From the NCBI GenBank assembly GCA_964551985.1, contig CAZKFG010000005.1, positions 1 through 51,714 on the forward strand: DNA of 51,714 nt. The letters are read 5' to 3'. The position numbers and the translations under genes were made by a program. Below are positions 39,187-48,171 of the stretch, in pieces. Source of the DNA: an uncultured Acidaminococcales bacterium (lineage in GTDB: Bacteria > Bacillota > Negativicutes > Acidaminococcales > JAISLQ01). Every line of letters starts with the position of its first letter. Position 1 is the first letter of the stretch. The notes under the pieces were generated by a model. That model had not been told where the DNA came from, ran no database searches, and saw only the letters and a program-made list of their open reading frames with translations.

Positions 39187-40293
39187 CTACACCTTTATCA
39201 GCTCATATTTGCGGCTACCCATGCCAAGTTGTTCAGCATAAACCAAAGTATGACGACCGTCAACAGCAGGACGAAGCGCCAAAAACTTATCTTCACCAGC
39301 TGGCACAGCTCGACCTAATTCACTATCTACAAGTCCTACTTGATTGTTTACCAAATCAAGCGCAGCCTGGTCTATCGCCACAGGATCACTAGACGCTAAA
39401 AAGCCAATATCAGATACAAGCGGTGCATCAGACCAAGATGCACAATCACAATACGGAGTAACAGAAGCCACAAGTGTCATAAACGCTAGTTTGCCTTCTT
39501 TTTTGGCAAGAGAGGCATAGGCATACTCTGTCATTCTTTCTAAAAATTCTTTTATATCTGTCTCCCAATCAAGGTTAATCGCTTTAGGTGGACAAACTGT
39601 CATACATTCGCCACAACCGATACACTTTTCTTTGTCAATTTTCGCCTTTTTCTCTGCCGTCAAGCTAATTGCCGATTCCGGACAGACATTTATACAGCGA
39701 GAACAGCCGATACATTTTTTTGAACTTACAAAAAAGCGAATAGCATGCTGGTCTTTTTTACCAACAGGTGGCGCACAACCCATCGCCAGATTTTTAATCG
39801 CACCACCAAAGCCGGCAAGTTCATGTCCTTTAAAATGACTGAAAGTAAACATACTATCAGCATCTAAAATATCTTTAGCAATTGCTGCCTTGGCAAAATG
39901 CTTTTTGTTAATCTCAACATAAGAAAAGTTATCACCCTTAAGACCATCTGCCACAGTAAACGGCGCTCCGGTAACTTCACTACCAAACCCATGACGAATA
40001 GCCGTCATTACATGGTTTGGGCTATCATGTCTTGAGCCTGAATAAAGAGTATTTGTATCAGTCAGAAATGGTACTGCACCTACTTTTTTAATTCTTTCAA
40101 CAACAGGGCGCAAGAAGATAGGGTTTAAATAAGTATTAAGCCCTTCTTCACCAACGTGAATTTTAACTGCCGCCAAATCTTTGGGGCTAAAAACCTTGTC
40201 AAAACCCGCCGCCGTGAACAATTCATCTATTTTTTTAGGATTAGGGCGGTGTTTTGGGTCATTTAAATAAGCGATATAAACTTTACTAGTCAT
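39187..40293 (-). CDS. DUF362 protein with 2x[4Fe-4S] ferredoxin insert
   Basis: KIHVGE, TDTNTLYSGSR, SHFKGH..AGFGGAIKN, two CxxCxxCxxxCP, DPVAID. Confidence 0.9.
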   Translation of the reverse strand: MTSKVYIAYLNDPKHRPNPKKIDELFTAAGFDKVFSPKDLAAVKIHVGEEGLNTYLNPIFLRPVVERIKKVGAVPFLTDTNTLYSGSRHDSPNHVMTAIRHGFGSEVTGAPFTVADGLKGDNFSYVEINKKHFAKAAIAKDILDADSMFTFSHFKGHELAGFGGAIKNLAMGCAPPVGKKDQHAIRFFVSSKKCIGCSRCINVCPESAISLTAEKKAKIDKEKCIGCGECMTVCPPKAINLDWETDIKEFLERMTEYAYASLAKKEGKLAFMTLVASVTPYCDCASWSDAPLVSDIGFLASSDPVAIDQAALDLVNNQVGLVDSELGRAVPAGEDKFLALRPAVDGRHTLVYAEQLGMGSRKYELIKV

Positions 40294-40326
40294 AAACCAT
40301 CCTCCTTGTTAGAACAATATAGTATA

Positions 40327-41151
40327 TTATTTCGCTACAAAAGCGCTAAACCCTTTTTTAAAAAAAGAAATACTTTGACAAATAAAAAACAAAAATCCGC
40401 TAAGTAAAACTATTACCCCACCAGGTGCCAAATTCAGATAATAAGAAGCAACAAGACCACAAATCATGCTAAATAAGGAAAATGCAAGTGCCAAGATAAG
40501 CGTCTGTTTAAAACCTCTTTCAAATACCAATGCACAGGCAGTCGGCAAGACAAGCATAGCCGATACAAGCAAAATACCCACAATTCGCATAGATAAGGCA
40601 ACTGTCAAAGCCGTTAAAATAGCAAGCAAAAAATTTAGCCTATCAACAGAAAGTCCACACACTCTGGCATCTTGTTCATCAAAAGCAATATACACAAGCT
40701 TTTGATAGTTTAAAAACACAAACAGTACTATAACAACACCTAAAACAAAGGCTACAAGAAGATCAGTATTGTTGACAGTAACAATACTGCCAAACAAAAA
40801 GCTGCTTAAAACCATACCAAACCCTGTCTGCATGCTAGCTAAAACAACAGCCAAGGCCATACCGCAATAAAAAAATATCGCAAGTAGCATATCGGCAAAA
40901 TCAGCACGCAAACTGCGCATTTTTTCTATTATGCAAGCACTTACAACAGTAAAAGCAGCAGCACTAAAAACAGGCTGCATAGAAAACAACCAGCCTGCGC
41001 AAGCGCCGGCAAACGCCATATGCCCTAGACCATCGCCAATCAAAGACTGACGACGTACAACCAGAAAAATGCCTATCAAAGGACAGATAATTGCGACAAT
41101 AATCCCCGCTACAAATGCTCTTTGCATAAAGGCAAATTCAAATATGTCCAC
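40327..41151 (-). CDS. znuB: Zn/Mn ABC transporter permease
   Basis: FMQRAF, GDGLGH, FLFGSI, VGILLVSAMLVLP. Confidence 0.88.
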   Translation of the reverse strand: MDIFEFAFMQRAFVAGIIVAIICPLIGIFLVVRRQSLIGDGLGHMAFAGACAGWLFSMQPVFSAAAFTVVSACIIEKMRSLRADFADMLLAIFFYCGMALAVVLASMQTGFGMVLSSFLFGSIVTVNNTDLLVAFVLGVVIVLFVFLNYQKLVYIAFDEQDARVCGLSVDRLNFLLAILTALTVALSMRIVGILLVSAMLVLPTACALVFERGFKQTLILALAFSLFSMICGLVASYYLNLAPGGVIVLLSGFLFFICQSISFFKKGFSAFVAK

Positions 41152-41884
41152 AATTTACCTCCTTACAAGTAAAATAATAACCACTCTTATGCCTATGTGA
41201 AAACGCACCTTCGGCATCACCCCAATAGCACACACTCCCTTGCTCTAGGCACAAAAGCTTATCAACACTATTTAAAGCATATTCCATATCATGCGTTACT
41301 AAAACTATTGTTTTATTGTTAACCTTGCTAAATGAACGCAAAAGGCTGTACAGCTCTAGCTTAGCATCGGCATCAACTCCACTTGTAGGCTCATCAAGCA
41401 AAAACAAATCCGCACCGGAGAGAAAAGCTTTGGCTAAAAACACTTTTTGCCTTTGACCGCCTGACAGTTTGCCTAGCAATTGCTCTTTTAGCCCTGCAAG
41501 TCCGACAAGTTCCAGCGAAGCTAAAATTTGGTGCTGCTCAGATTTATCCAAGCTTGGCAGACAAAACCCTTGTCTTTTTAAACCCAGCGCTACTACCTCT
41601 TGCACCGTTATAGGAAATAATCTATTACTTTGCAAGGGATATTGTGATATATAACAAAGTCTTTGCCAATCTTTAAAATTCTCTTGTCTATCTGAAAACA
41701 ACTGTACATAGCCTGCGCAAATAGGTGCAAGCTTGATAAAAGATTTTAGTAAGCTGCTTTTTCCCGAACCATTTGGTCCGACAATAGCGACAAATTCACC
41801 TTGTGAAATTTTAATACTGACATCTTTAAATACTACTTTATCTTGATAACAAACGCTTAAGCCTTCTGTTTTTATAACATCCAT
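41138..41884 (-). CDS. znuC: Zn/Mn ABC transporter ATPase
   Basis: GPNGSGKS, LSGGQRQ, LLDEPTSGVD, VTHD. Confidence 0.88.
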   Translation of the reverse strand: MDVIKTEGLSVCYQDKVVFKDVSIKISQGEFVAIVGPNGSGKSSLLKSFIKLAPICAGYVQLFSDRQENFKDWQRLCYISQYPLQSNRLFPITVQEVVALGLKRQGFCLPSLDKSEQHQILASLELVGLAGLKEQLLGKLSGGQRQKVFLAKAFLSGADLFLLDEPTSGVDADAKLELYSLLRSFSKVNNKTIVLVTHDMEYALNSVDKLLCLEQGSVCYWGDAEGAFSHRHKSGYYFTCKEVNCGHI

Positions 41885-41886
41885 AA

Positions 41887-42753
41887 TCAGCCCTCAAATG
41901 CCTTTTTAAGATTTTGCAAGTTAACCTGCATAACCTCTAAATAGCTACTTCCTACAGAGCTTTCCAAACTATCTAAAAAAAGCACTTTGGTATTAGTTGC
42001 ATCTGCAACCTGCTTCATTACCTTATCATCAACATCACTTTTTACAAATACAAATTTAATTTTCTTATCTTTAATCACATTACATACCCTCGCTACATCA
42101 AGGGCAGTAGGCTCGCTATGTTCATCTAAACCGACAAGAGCAATCTGTTTAAAATTATATCTATTCGCCATATAACCAAAAGCCGGGTGCATAACGACAA
42201 ATTCTTTACCACTGTATTTTTGACCAAGCTCTGTATATTGTTTATGCAAAGAATTTAATTTTTCGATATAATCTGCTCCGTTTTTCTTGTAATAATCAGC
42301 ATTTTTCTCATCTAGCTTACTAAGCGCTTTAACTATAGCCTCCACCTGTCCTATCGCCAAACTAACATCAAGCCAAATGTGTGGGTCTGTTTTTTCGCTA
42401 GTAGCAAATAGACCACTACCAGTATTGACGATGACAAGCTTTTTATTGTCAATGCTTGCAACAAGCTTATCAACCCAAGGTTCAATACCACCACCATTAT
42501 ACAAAAATGCTTCCGCTGACTGGATTTTTTTCAAATCAGCTACCCCAAGCTCTTTATCGTGGACATGTTTGTCATTAAGCAAAAGACTAACATCCATCTT
42601 ATCGCCAGCTACTACTTTAGCAAATTCATAAACTGGATAAATGCTTGCAACAACTTGCTTTTTCTCAGTTTGCTTTAATGGTTTTTGCTCTGACTTACAA
42701 CCGGTTAAAAAAACTACTAAAATTAAAGCTAACAAAAATACTTTTCTATTCAT
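41887..42753 (-). CDS. znuA: Zn-binding lipoprotein (ZnuA/AdcA family)
   Basis: Lipobox LTGC, SIYPVYEF, HVHD, DPHIWL, HPAFGY; ATG 42753 overlaps the regulator's 3' end. Confidence 0.88.
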   Translation of the reverse strand: MNRKVFLLALILVVFLTGCKSEQKPLKQTEKKQVVASIYPVYEFAKVVAGDKMDVSLLLNDKHVHDKELGVADLKKIQSAEAFLYNGGGIEPWVDKLVASIDNKKLVIVNTGSGLFATSEKTDPHIWLDVSLAIGQVEAIVKALSKLDEKNADYYKKNGADYIEKLNSLHKQYTELGQKYSGKEFVVMHPAFGYMANRYNFKQIALVGLDEHSEPTALDVARVCNVIKDKKIKFVFVKSDVDDKVMKQVADATNTKVLFLDSLESSVGSSYLEVMQVNLQNLKKAFEG

Positions 42754-43177
42754 CACAACTCTCCTTTTGACAATCTCTACAAAAGCCATATAGCTCAAAC
42801 TTATGACCTGTACACAAAAAACCGCTAGTTTCCCTACACTGCAAAGATATTTTATCAAACAAACAATCTGTAAATGCCTGCCTTGCACCACAAGCTTGGC
42901 AGACCATATAATGCAAATGCCTGCCTGCAGTAAGCTCATATTCAAAGCCACGACCTAGTTTGTCTATCTTATAGAGCATACCGATATCACACAAAGCATT
43001 CACATTACGGTAAACAGTATCCATACTTATATCTTTTTGTTCTTCTTTTACTCTATCATACAATTTATCAATAGAAAAAAAACCTGTTTGCTTGGCAATA
43101 CAACTAGCAATAAGCCTTCTTTGCGGAGTCATCTTAAGACCTTTTTTCTTCATTGCTAAAAGCAATTGTTCTAACAC
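42746..43177 (-). CDS. zur: Fur-family repressor, probably Zur
   Basis: TPQRR, TVYRN, HLHYMVCQACG, GFCRDC; first gene of the metal ABC operon. Confidence 0.8.
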   Translation of the reverse strand: MLEQLLLAMKKKGLKMTPQRRLIASCIAKQTGFFSIDKLYDRVKEEQKDISMDTVYRNVNALCDIGMLYKIDKLGRGFEYELTAGRHLHYMVCQACGARQAFTDCLFDKISLQCRETSGFLCTGHKFELYGFCRDCQKESCDE

Positions 43178-43227
43178 AATACCACCTCAATTAAGAATAA
43201 ACTTAAATAATAACATTACTAATTACA

Positions 43228-43256
43228 AGTTTAGAAAATTTTTCTGTTTTTGTCAA
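43228..43256 (-). promoter_or_regulatory. Putative promoter of zur-znuACB
   Basis: Minus strand TTGACA, 17 nt, TAAACT. Confidence 0.6.
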
Positions 43257-43319
43257 CAATTAGCTTTATTTTTAGCTAAAAATGACGTAATATAAATATA
43301 AAAAACAAGGAGATAAACC

Positions 43320-43958
43320 ATGCACTTACCAGAAAAACAATTTGTTGCAAGCTTTGACGTTGACGCACAAAAAACTTTTACCCCCATCTGCCCAAACGAG
43401 CTACCTGTGCAAGATGGAGACAAAATAGTAGATGAATTAAATGCCCAAGCAAAATTCGCTAAAATTCGCATTGCTTCAAGAGATGCACATTCAAATAACG
43501 CCATTTGGCTATCTACAGAAGATCATCCACCGTTATCACCAATAGAGGGAAAAACAGATTGCGACTTATATTGGCCGGCACATGCGATTGTCGGAACTGT
43601 AGGTTTTGATTTTTTAGACGGACTTGATCCTAATAGTTACGATTACCAAGTTTATAAAGGTATCCAGCCGGATATGCACCCATATGGTGCTTGTTACCAC
43701 GATTTTGCCGAAAAAATGTCTACCGGCGCTATAGAATATTTAAAGCAAAATGATATAACAACAGTAATTGTCGGTGGTCTTGCAACAGATTACTGTGTCA
43801 AAACAACAGTTTTACAACTACTAAGAGCAAAATTTCAAGTAATTTTAAATTTAGCGGCTTGCCGTGGCATAGACCCCCAAACAACAAAACAAGCCTTAGA
43901 TTTAATAAAGAAAAGCGGCGGTATAATTATTAAAAATAGTACAGAAATAAGCCAATAA
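43320..43958 (+). CDS. pncA: Nicotinamidase/pyrazinamidase (isochorismatase family)
   Basis: VDAQKTF, SRDAH, WPAH, KG, GLATDYCV. Confidence 0.85.
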   Translation: MHLPEKQFVASFDVDAQKTFTPICPNELPVQDGDKIVDELNAQAKFAKIRIASRDAHSNNAIWLSTEDHPPLSPIEGKTDCDLYWPAHAIVGTVGFDFLDGLDPNSYDYQVYKGIQPDMHPYGACYHDFAEKMSTGAIEYLKQNDITTVIVGGLATDYCVKTTVLQLLRAKFQVILNLAACRGIDPQTTKQALDLIKKSGGIIIKNSTEISQ

Positions 43959-44031
43959 ATCAATTTTTATAGGACTTAAGTCTTAAAAATTAAAAATAAG
44001 TGATTTTTTTAGTATTTTTTTCAAGGTTTTA

Positions 44032-44060
44032 GCAGGATATTTGCAAAATAGCTTGAATTA
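44032..44060 (+). promoter_or_regulatory. Putative sigma-H promoter of the HU gene
   Basis: GCAGGA-N17-GAAT. Confidence 0.55.
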
Positions 44061-44138
44061 AACAATAGTTAATTGATTTAATCTATCAAATGTATAGATT
44101 AAATCTAGAAATTAAGCAAATTTTAGGAGGTTGTATTA

Positions 44139-44480
44139 ATGAACAAATCTGAATTAGTTAGTATTGTTGCTGCAAAGGCGGAAATTACCAAAAAGAGTGC
44201 TGACAAAGCTGTAATCGCTGTATTTGAAGCAGTGAAAGATGCTGTTGCTGCTGGTAACAGAGTGCAATTAGCAGGCTTTGGCTCATTTGAAGCTCGCAAA
44301 CGTGCAGCACGCAAAGGTAAAAACCCACAAACAGGCGCAGAAATTACAATTCCTGCTGCAACAGTTCCTGCTTTCAGAGCTGGTAAAGCATTTAAAGAAG
44401 CTACAAACGGCAAGAAAAAAGCTCCAGCTAAAAAAGCTGCTCCAGCTAAAAAAGCTGCCCCTAAAGCTAAAAAGAAATAA
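44139..44480 (+). CDS. hup: HU DNA-binding protein with Lys/Ala/Pro-rich tail
   Basis: MNKSELV, GFGSFE, GKNPQTG, PAFRAGK; PAKKA repeats. Confidence 0.95.
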   Translation: MNKSELVSIVAAKAEITKKSADKAVIAVFEAVKDAVAAGNRVQLAGFGSFEARKRAARKGKNPQTGAEITIPAATVPAFRAGKAFKEATNGKKKAPAKKAAPAKKAAPKAKKK

Positions 44481-44496
44481 TAATTATTGTTTTTTT

Positions 44497-44556
44497 AAAA
44501 ACTCCGCTCTTGTGGCGGAGTTTTGCATTTAAAAACCACCTCAAAAGAGGTGGTTG
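44497..44556. terminator. Two back-to-back terminators (hup and mscS)
   Basis: aaaactccgc-tcttgtg-gcggagtttt and aaccacctc-aaaa-gaggtggtt. Confidence 0.8.
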
Positions 44557-44572
44557 GTTTTTTATAAAATCT

Positions 44573-45640
44573 TTATTTTTTTACATCAAGTAGTGTTTCA
44601 AAATAAATACTTTGGCTGGGAAACGCCATTGAGGCATCATTTTTATCTACAATATCCATAATCGCAAAATTAATTTTCTCTAATACTGACAAGTGACCTG
44701 CGTAGTCTGTCATTATAGTATAAAAAATAATTGTAATATTTAAGCTGCTCGCACCGTAATCGGAAAAAGCGACAAGAATATCACCATCTTCATGGCAAAT
44801 GTCTTCGCAAGTATTTAAAAAAGTTTTTATATCACTAATGCAAGCTTGCAGTTTTTCTTTAGAGGTAGAGTATGTAAGACCGATAGAAAATTTAGCCCTT
44901 CTTTTTGGACGACGTGACATATTTGTTATCGGTAGATTAGCAAGATTAGTATTGGGAACGTGGATAATGCTTTGTTCTACTGTACGTACTCTTGTACTAC
45001 GAAATGTTACATTCTCGACCGATCCTTCAACATCGGCTGCCTTTATATAATCACCGATGGAAAAAGGCTTATCTGTCAAAATGACAAAACCACTAAAGAT
45101 ATTCGCCAAGGAGTCTTTAGATGCCATAGCAAGTGCCAAACCCCCAAGACCAAGACCAGCAACAACGCCACTTATATCGTAGTTCCACTCTTTTGCCAGT
45201 GTCAACAAGCATAAAACTACTACAAGCAAATGTAAAATACTACTAACCAAATTAAGCAGTATCGGGTCTAGCGAAATGCCAATTTTACTAATAAGTTCTT
45301 GCAAGTGCTCTTGCTTATTGTTGCTCAAGCTATATAAAACCGCAAAAAAGGTCAAAATAATACAAGATCTATATAAACGCAAGAAAAATTCCGATGCAAA
45401 TTCGTGGACCGGACTGTTGTAAATCGCAAAATAAATTGCACTAGATAGCAAAACAAAGCTTACAGGACCACGCACAGAAACGGCTATAAGAGCATAAAAT
45501 TTATCAGAGAGCCTGCTTTTAAAATACCTTTGTAAAAAAGGAAAAATAAGCCTTGAAAATGCTTGCTGCACTAGAATTCCCGCAAACAAGATATACATAG
45601 CGTAAAACCAATGTTCTATAATTAAAATGTCTTTCGTCAT
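44573..45640 (-). CDS. mscS: MscS-family mechanosensitive channel
   Basis: AGLGLGGLALAMA.KD.LAN, DKPFSIGD, EG.VE...RSTR, PN, AFPS. Confidence 0.92.
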   Translation of the reverse strand: MTKDILIIEHWFYAMYILFAGILVQQAFSRLIFPFLQRYFKSRLSDKFYALIAVSVRGPVSFVLLSSAIYFAIYNSPVHEFASEFFLRLYRSCIILTFFAVLYSLSNNKQEHLQELISKIGISLDPILLNLVSSILHLLVVVLCLLTLAKEWNYDISGVVAGLGLGGLALAMASKDSLANIFSGFVILTDKPFSIGDYIKAADVEGSVENVTFRSTRVRTVEQSIIHVPNTNLANLPITNMSRRPKRRAKFSIGLTYSTSKEKLQACISDIKTFLNTCEDICHEDGDILVAFSDYGASSLNITIIFYTIMTDYAGHLSVLEKINFAIMDIVDKNDASMAFPSQSIYFETLLDVKK

Positions 45641-45679
45641 AAAATTGCCTCCGTAAACTGACTATATCATTATTATAAT

Positions 45680-45717
45680 AAAAAAGCACACCTTAGACAA
45701 GCTTAAGGTGTGCTTTT
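45680..45717 (-). terminator. Intrinsic terminator
   Basis: aaaagcacacctta...taaggtgtgctttt. Confidence 0.8.
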
Positions 45718-45731
45718 AAAAATAAATTTAA

Positions 45732-46202
45732 TCAGAAAAAGACCAAGACCATTCTAGTTAAAAACATAACTATTACAGCATCGACAATAGGCGCTGCGAG
45801 CATTACAGGATAAAATATTTTACTTGCACCAGAAACCAAAACAATACGTGCAAAGTGCCCGACTAGTGTACCCATAGTAACGCAAGCTGGGAATAAAATT
45901 GTAGCTTGCGCTGCATCTATTTTGCCTTCAGCAAACAAAGTAAACGCCGCCGCACACCCTGCCGCTTTAGCAAAAAACGCAGCAAGTAGTGCTACTATCG
46001 CCTCGCCAGGAAGACCAAAAATCGCCATAACTGGCTGCAAAACTGTACCTATCATCTGCATAAGCCCTGTAATTTTCAAAAATTCAATCAAAGCATACGC
46101 CATAATCATCGCAGGTGCAATCATTTCAGCTCCAATATAAAAGCCTTTTTTCGCACCCTTCATAAACTCTTCAACAATATTTGTATCAGAAGGATTAGCC
46201 AT
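45732..46202 (-). CDS. YjiG/SpmB-like membrane protein
   Basis: FMKGAKKG...P..IMAY..I..LKITGL...PVMAIFGLPGEA. Confidence 0.8.
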   Translation of the reverse strand: MANPSDTNIVEEFMKGAKKGFYIGAEMIAPAMIMAYALIEFLKITGLMQMIGTVLQPVMAIFGLPGEAIVALLAAFFAKAAGCAAAFTLFAEGKIDAAQATILFPACVTMGTLVGHFARIVLVSGASKIFYPVMLAAPIVDAVIVMFLTRMVLVFF

Positions 46203-46864
46203 TATTTCACACCTCCTGTTATAGGATGTTTCATGCGGTAATATTTAATGTACATTCTAATTAAAACTGCACCAATAACTTTAACCGCAAAAATCAACCC
46301 TATAATCGCCCCAACAGGCAATACAGAAATAGGAATTAGTGGACCACCTGTTCCGAAAGTATTGGTAACAGTCGCAGAACCGGCATACTGATAAGAGACA
46401 AATATTACCCGCTCATCTTCAGTCATCATACCTTCTTCAACCAATCCTTTAGTCATAACAGCTCCGACGTCAGAACTTGTAAAACTACTTACAAAGGCGA
46501 GCCCTGCAACACCAGGAATACCCATAATAGGACGCAAAAACGGACGGAAAACTTTCTCTGCCGCGCGAAGTGCACCAAGTGATTCACATACTTGGATTAG
46601 ACCTAAAGCCAACATTGTTGTTGGAAATAGTGTTAAAGTGAACAAAAATCCGTCTCTGGCACCAAGACCACCGGCACCTGTAAAATTATGTTTACTACCC
46701 GCAATATTACCAAACTTACCAACCAAAGTGCTAAAATCAATCGCTCTCCAAGCAGTTGGACTATCTGCTAATAATCCTGATAAGGATACGCAAAGAAATA
46801 GTAGTGATAGCCAGCCTTTCCAACTAACCTTATACTCATCTTGCTTTTTTTCATTTTCAGCCAA
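46202..46864 (-). CDS. YjiH/SpmA-like nucleoside-recognition (Gate) domain membrane protein
   Basis: DFSTLVGKFG, GLGARDGFLF, LRPIMGIPG, SSDVGA.MT. Confidence 0.8.
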   Translation of the reverse strand: MAENEKKQDEYKVSWKGWLSLLFLCVSLSGLLADSPTAWRAIDFSTLVGKFGNIAGSKHNFTGAGGLGARDGFLFTLTLFPTTMLALGLIQVCESLGALRAAEKVFRPFLRPIMGIPGVAGLAFVSSFTSSDVGAVMTKGLVEEGMMTEDERVIFVSYQYAGSATVTNTFGTGGPLIPISVLPVGAIIGLIFAVKVIGAVLIRMYIKYYRMKHPITGGVK

Positions 46865-46886
46865 TGTTAGTCTCCCCCTCTTTAAA

Positions 46887-48050
46887 TTATTTTAGCTCAT
46901 CTAAGCTTAAAATCATTGCTGCAAGAAGTTTTGCTCGTTCAAATAGCATTTCAACTTCAGCAAATTCTTCAATACTATGGTTCTTACCACCCTTTACACC
47001 CATAGAGCAAAGAGTAGGAACTCCTGCCATAACAGTATAAGCCGCATCAGAGCCACCGCCTGATGTAATTGGTTTTGGTGTACCAAAGCCATTTTCTTCA
47101 CTTACTTTTACAAGTAAATCAAATAGTTTTTTCACGCCATCTGTTGTTTGCATAGCTTGTATTCCCTGACGGAAACTTACAAGTTCTGTTTTAGTTCCTT
47201 CAATATAAGTTTTAGCTACAACCTTTTCTACCATAGCTTTAAGTTCAGGCACAATCGCAGGGTCTATGTATCTGATATCAACATCTATTTCACAGTAATC
47301 AGGAATAGAATTAAATACTGTACCACCTTTGATAACACCGACATTAAAGGTATATTCTCTTTCCCAGTTGGTCAAATTTTGAATATCAATAATTTTGTGA
47401 GCCATCTCTAAAATAGCACTGCGACCACGTTTAGGGTCATTACCGGCATGAGCGGCAACGCCGTGAACTGCTAGTTTAAAAATCGCCGTTCCCTTACGTC
47501 CGACAACAACAGAATTGTCAACAAAACCTGTTTCGCAATCAAATGCGGCGGCACAACCTGCAACTTCTTTCATAAAAACTTTGTCAGCATCAGAGTTTGG
47601 GTGAGCAATTTCTTCATCACCACAAAAAGAAATTTTTATTGGGCGTTCATTAAAACCTGCTGCTTGCAATGCTTTAGCTGCATAAAGTGCACAAATTATA
47701 CCGCCTTTCATATCAAGTGCACCAGGACCATAGGCTTTACCGTCTTTGATAGTAAACGGTCTTTTGGCAACTTCGCCTAATGGGAACACTGTATCCATAT
47801 GTCCAAATAAAAATGCGCCAGGCTTATTGCCACCTGCTAGTTCGCCAATAACCATATTGCCTGCTTTTTCATACTCTACAATACGAGTTTTGGCACCCAT
47901 AGAATCCAGCTCTTTTTGCACTCTTTTGGCAACAGCGTCAATACCTGCGATATTTTGTGAACCGCTCTCCATGTTGACAATCTCTTCCCAAAGCTTAATC
48001 ATCTCATCTTTTTTGCTGTCAATAAAGTCAAATGCCTTTTGTTTAATCAT
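46887..48050 (-). CDS. M20 metallopeptidase (glutamate carboxypeptidase-like)
   Basis: GHMDTVF, GPGALDMKGG, DEE, AHAG, GGGSDA, HS.EE. Confidence 0.9.
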   Translation of the reverse strand: MIKQKAFDFIDSKKDEMIKLWEEIVNMESGSQNIAGIDAVAKRVQKELDSMGAKTRIVEYEKAGNMVIGELAGGNKPGAFLFGHMDTVFPLGEVAKRPFTIKDGKAYGPGALDMKGGIICALYAAKALQAAGFNERPIKISFCGDEEIAHPNSDADKVFMKEVAGCAAAFDCETGFVDNSVVVGRKGTAIFKLAVHGVAAHAGNDPKRGRSAILEMAHKIIDIQNLTNWEREYTFNVGVIKGGTVFNSIPDYCEIDVDIRYIDPAIVPELKAMVEKVVAKTYIEGTKTELVSFRQGIQAMQTTDGVKKLFDLLVKVSEENGFGTPKPITSGGGSDAAYTVMAGVPTLCSMGVKGGKNHSIEEFAEVEMLFERAKLLAAMILSLDELK

Positions 48051-48087
48051 TTTTTTCCCTCCTAATTAATTAATAAAATATTATGCT

Positions 48088-48140
48088 AAAAACGACTGCT
48101 AATAGCTTGCTTATAAGCAATTCGCCACAACAGTCGTTTT
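48088..48140 (-). terminator. Terminator-like hairpin after gdh
   Basis: aaaacgactg...cagtcgtttt with an inner ttgcttataagcaa palindrome. Confidence 0.6.
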
Positions 48141-48171
48141 CCCTGCTTTTTTGAAAAAATTTATTACACTA

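Noticed and set aside
41887-42951. Extended 354-aa start for znuA
   Set aside because: It overlaps zur by 200 nt; the lipoprotein signal starts at ATG 42753 with its own RBS.
43190-43233. Zur box upstream of zur
   Set aside because: Only half-site matches (ATTACTAATT, ATTACAAGTT) in very AT-rich DNA; plausible but not supportable.
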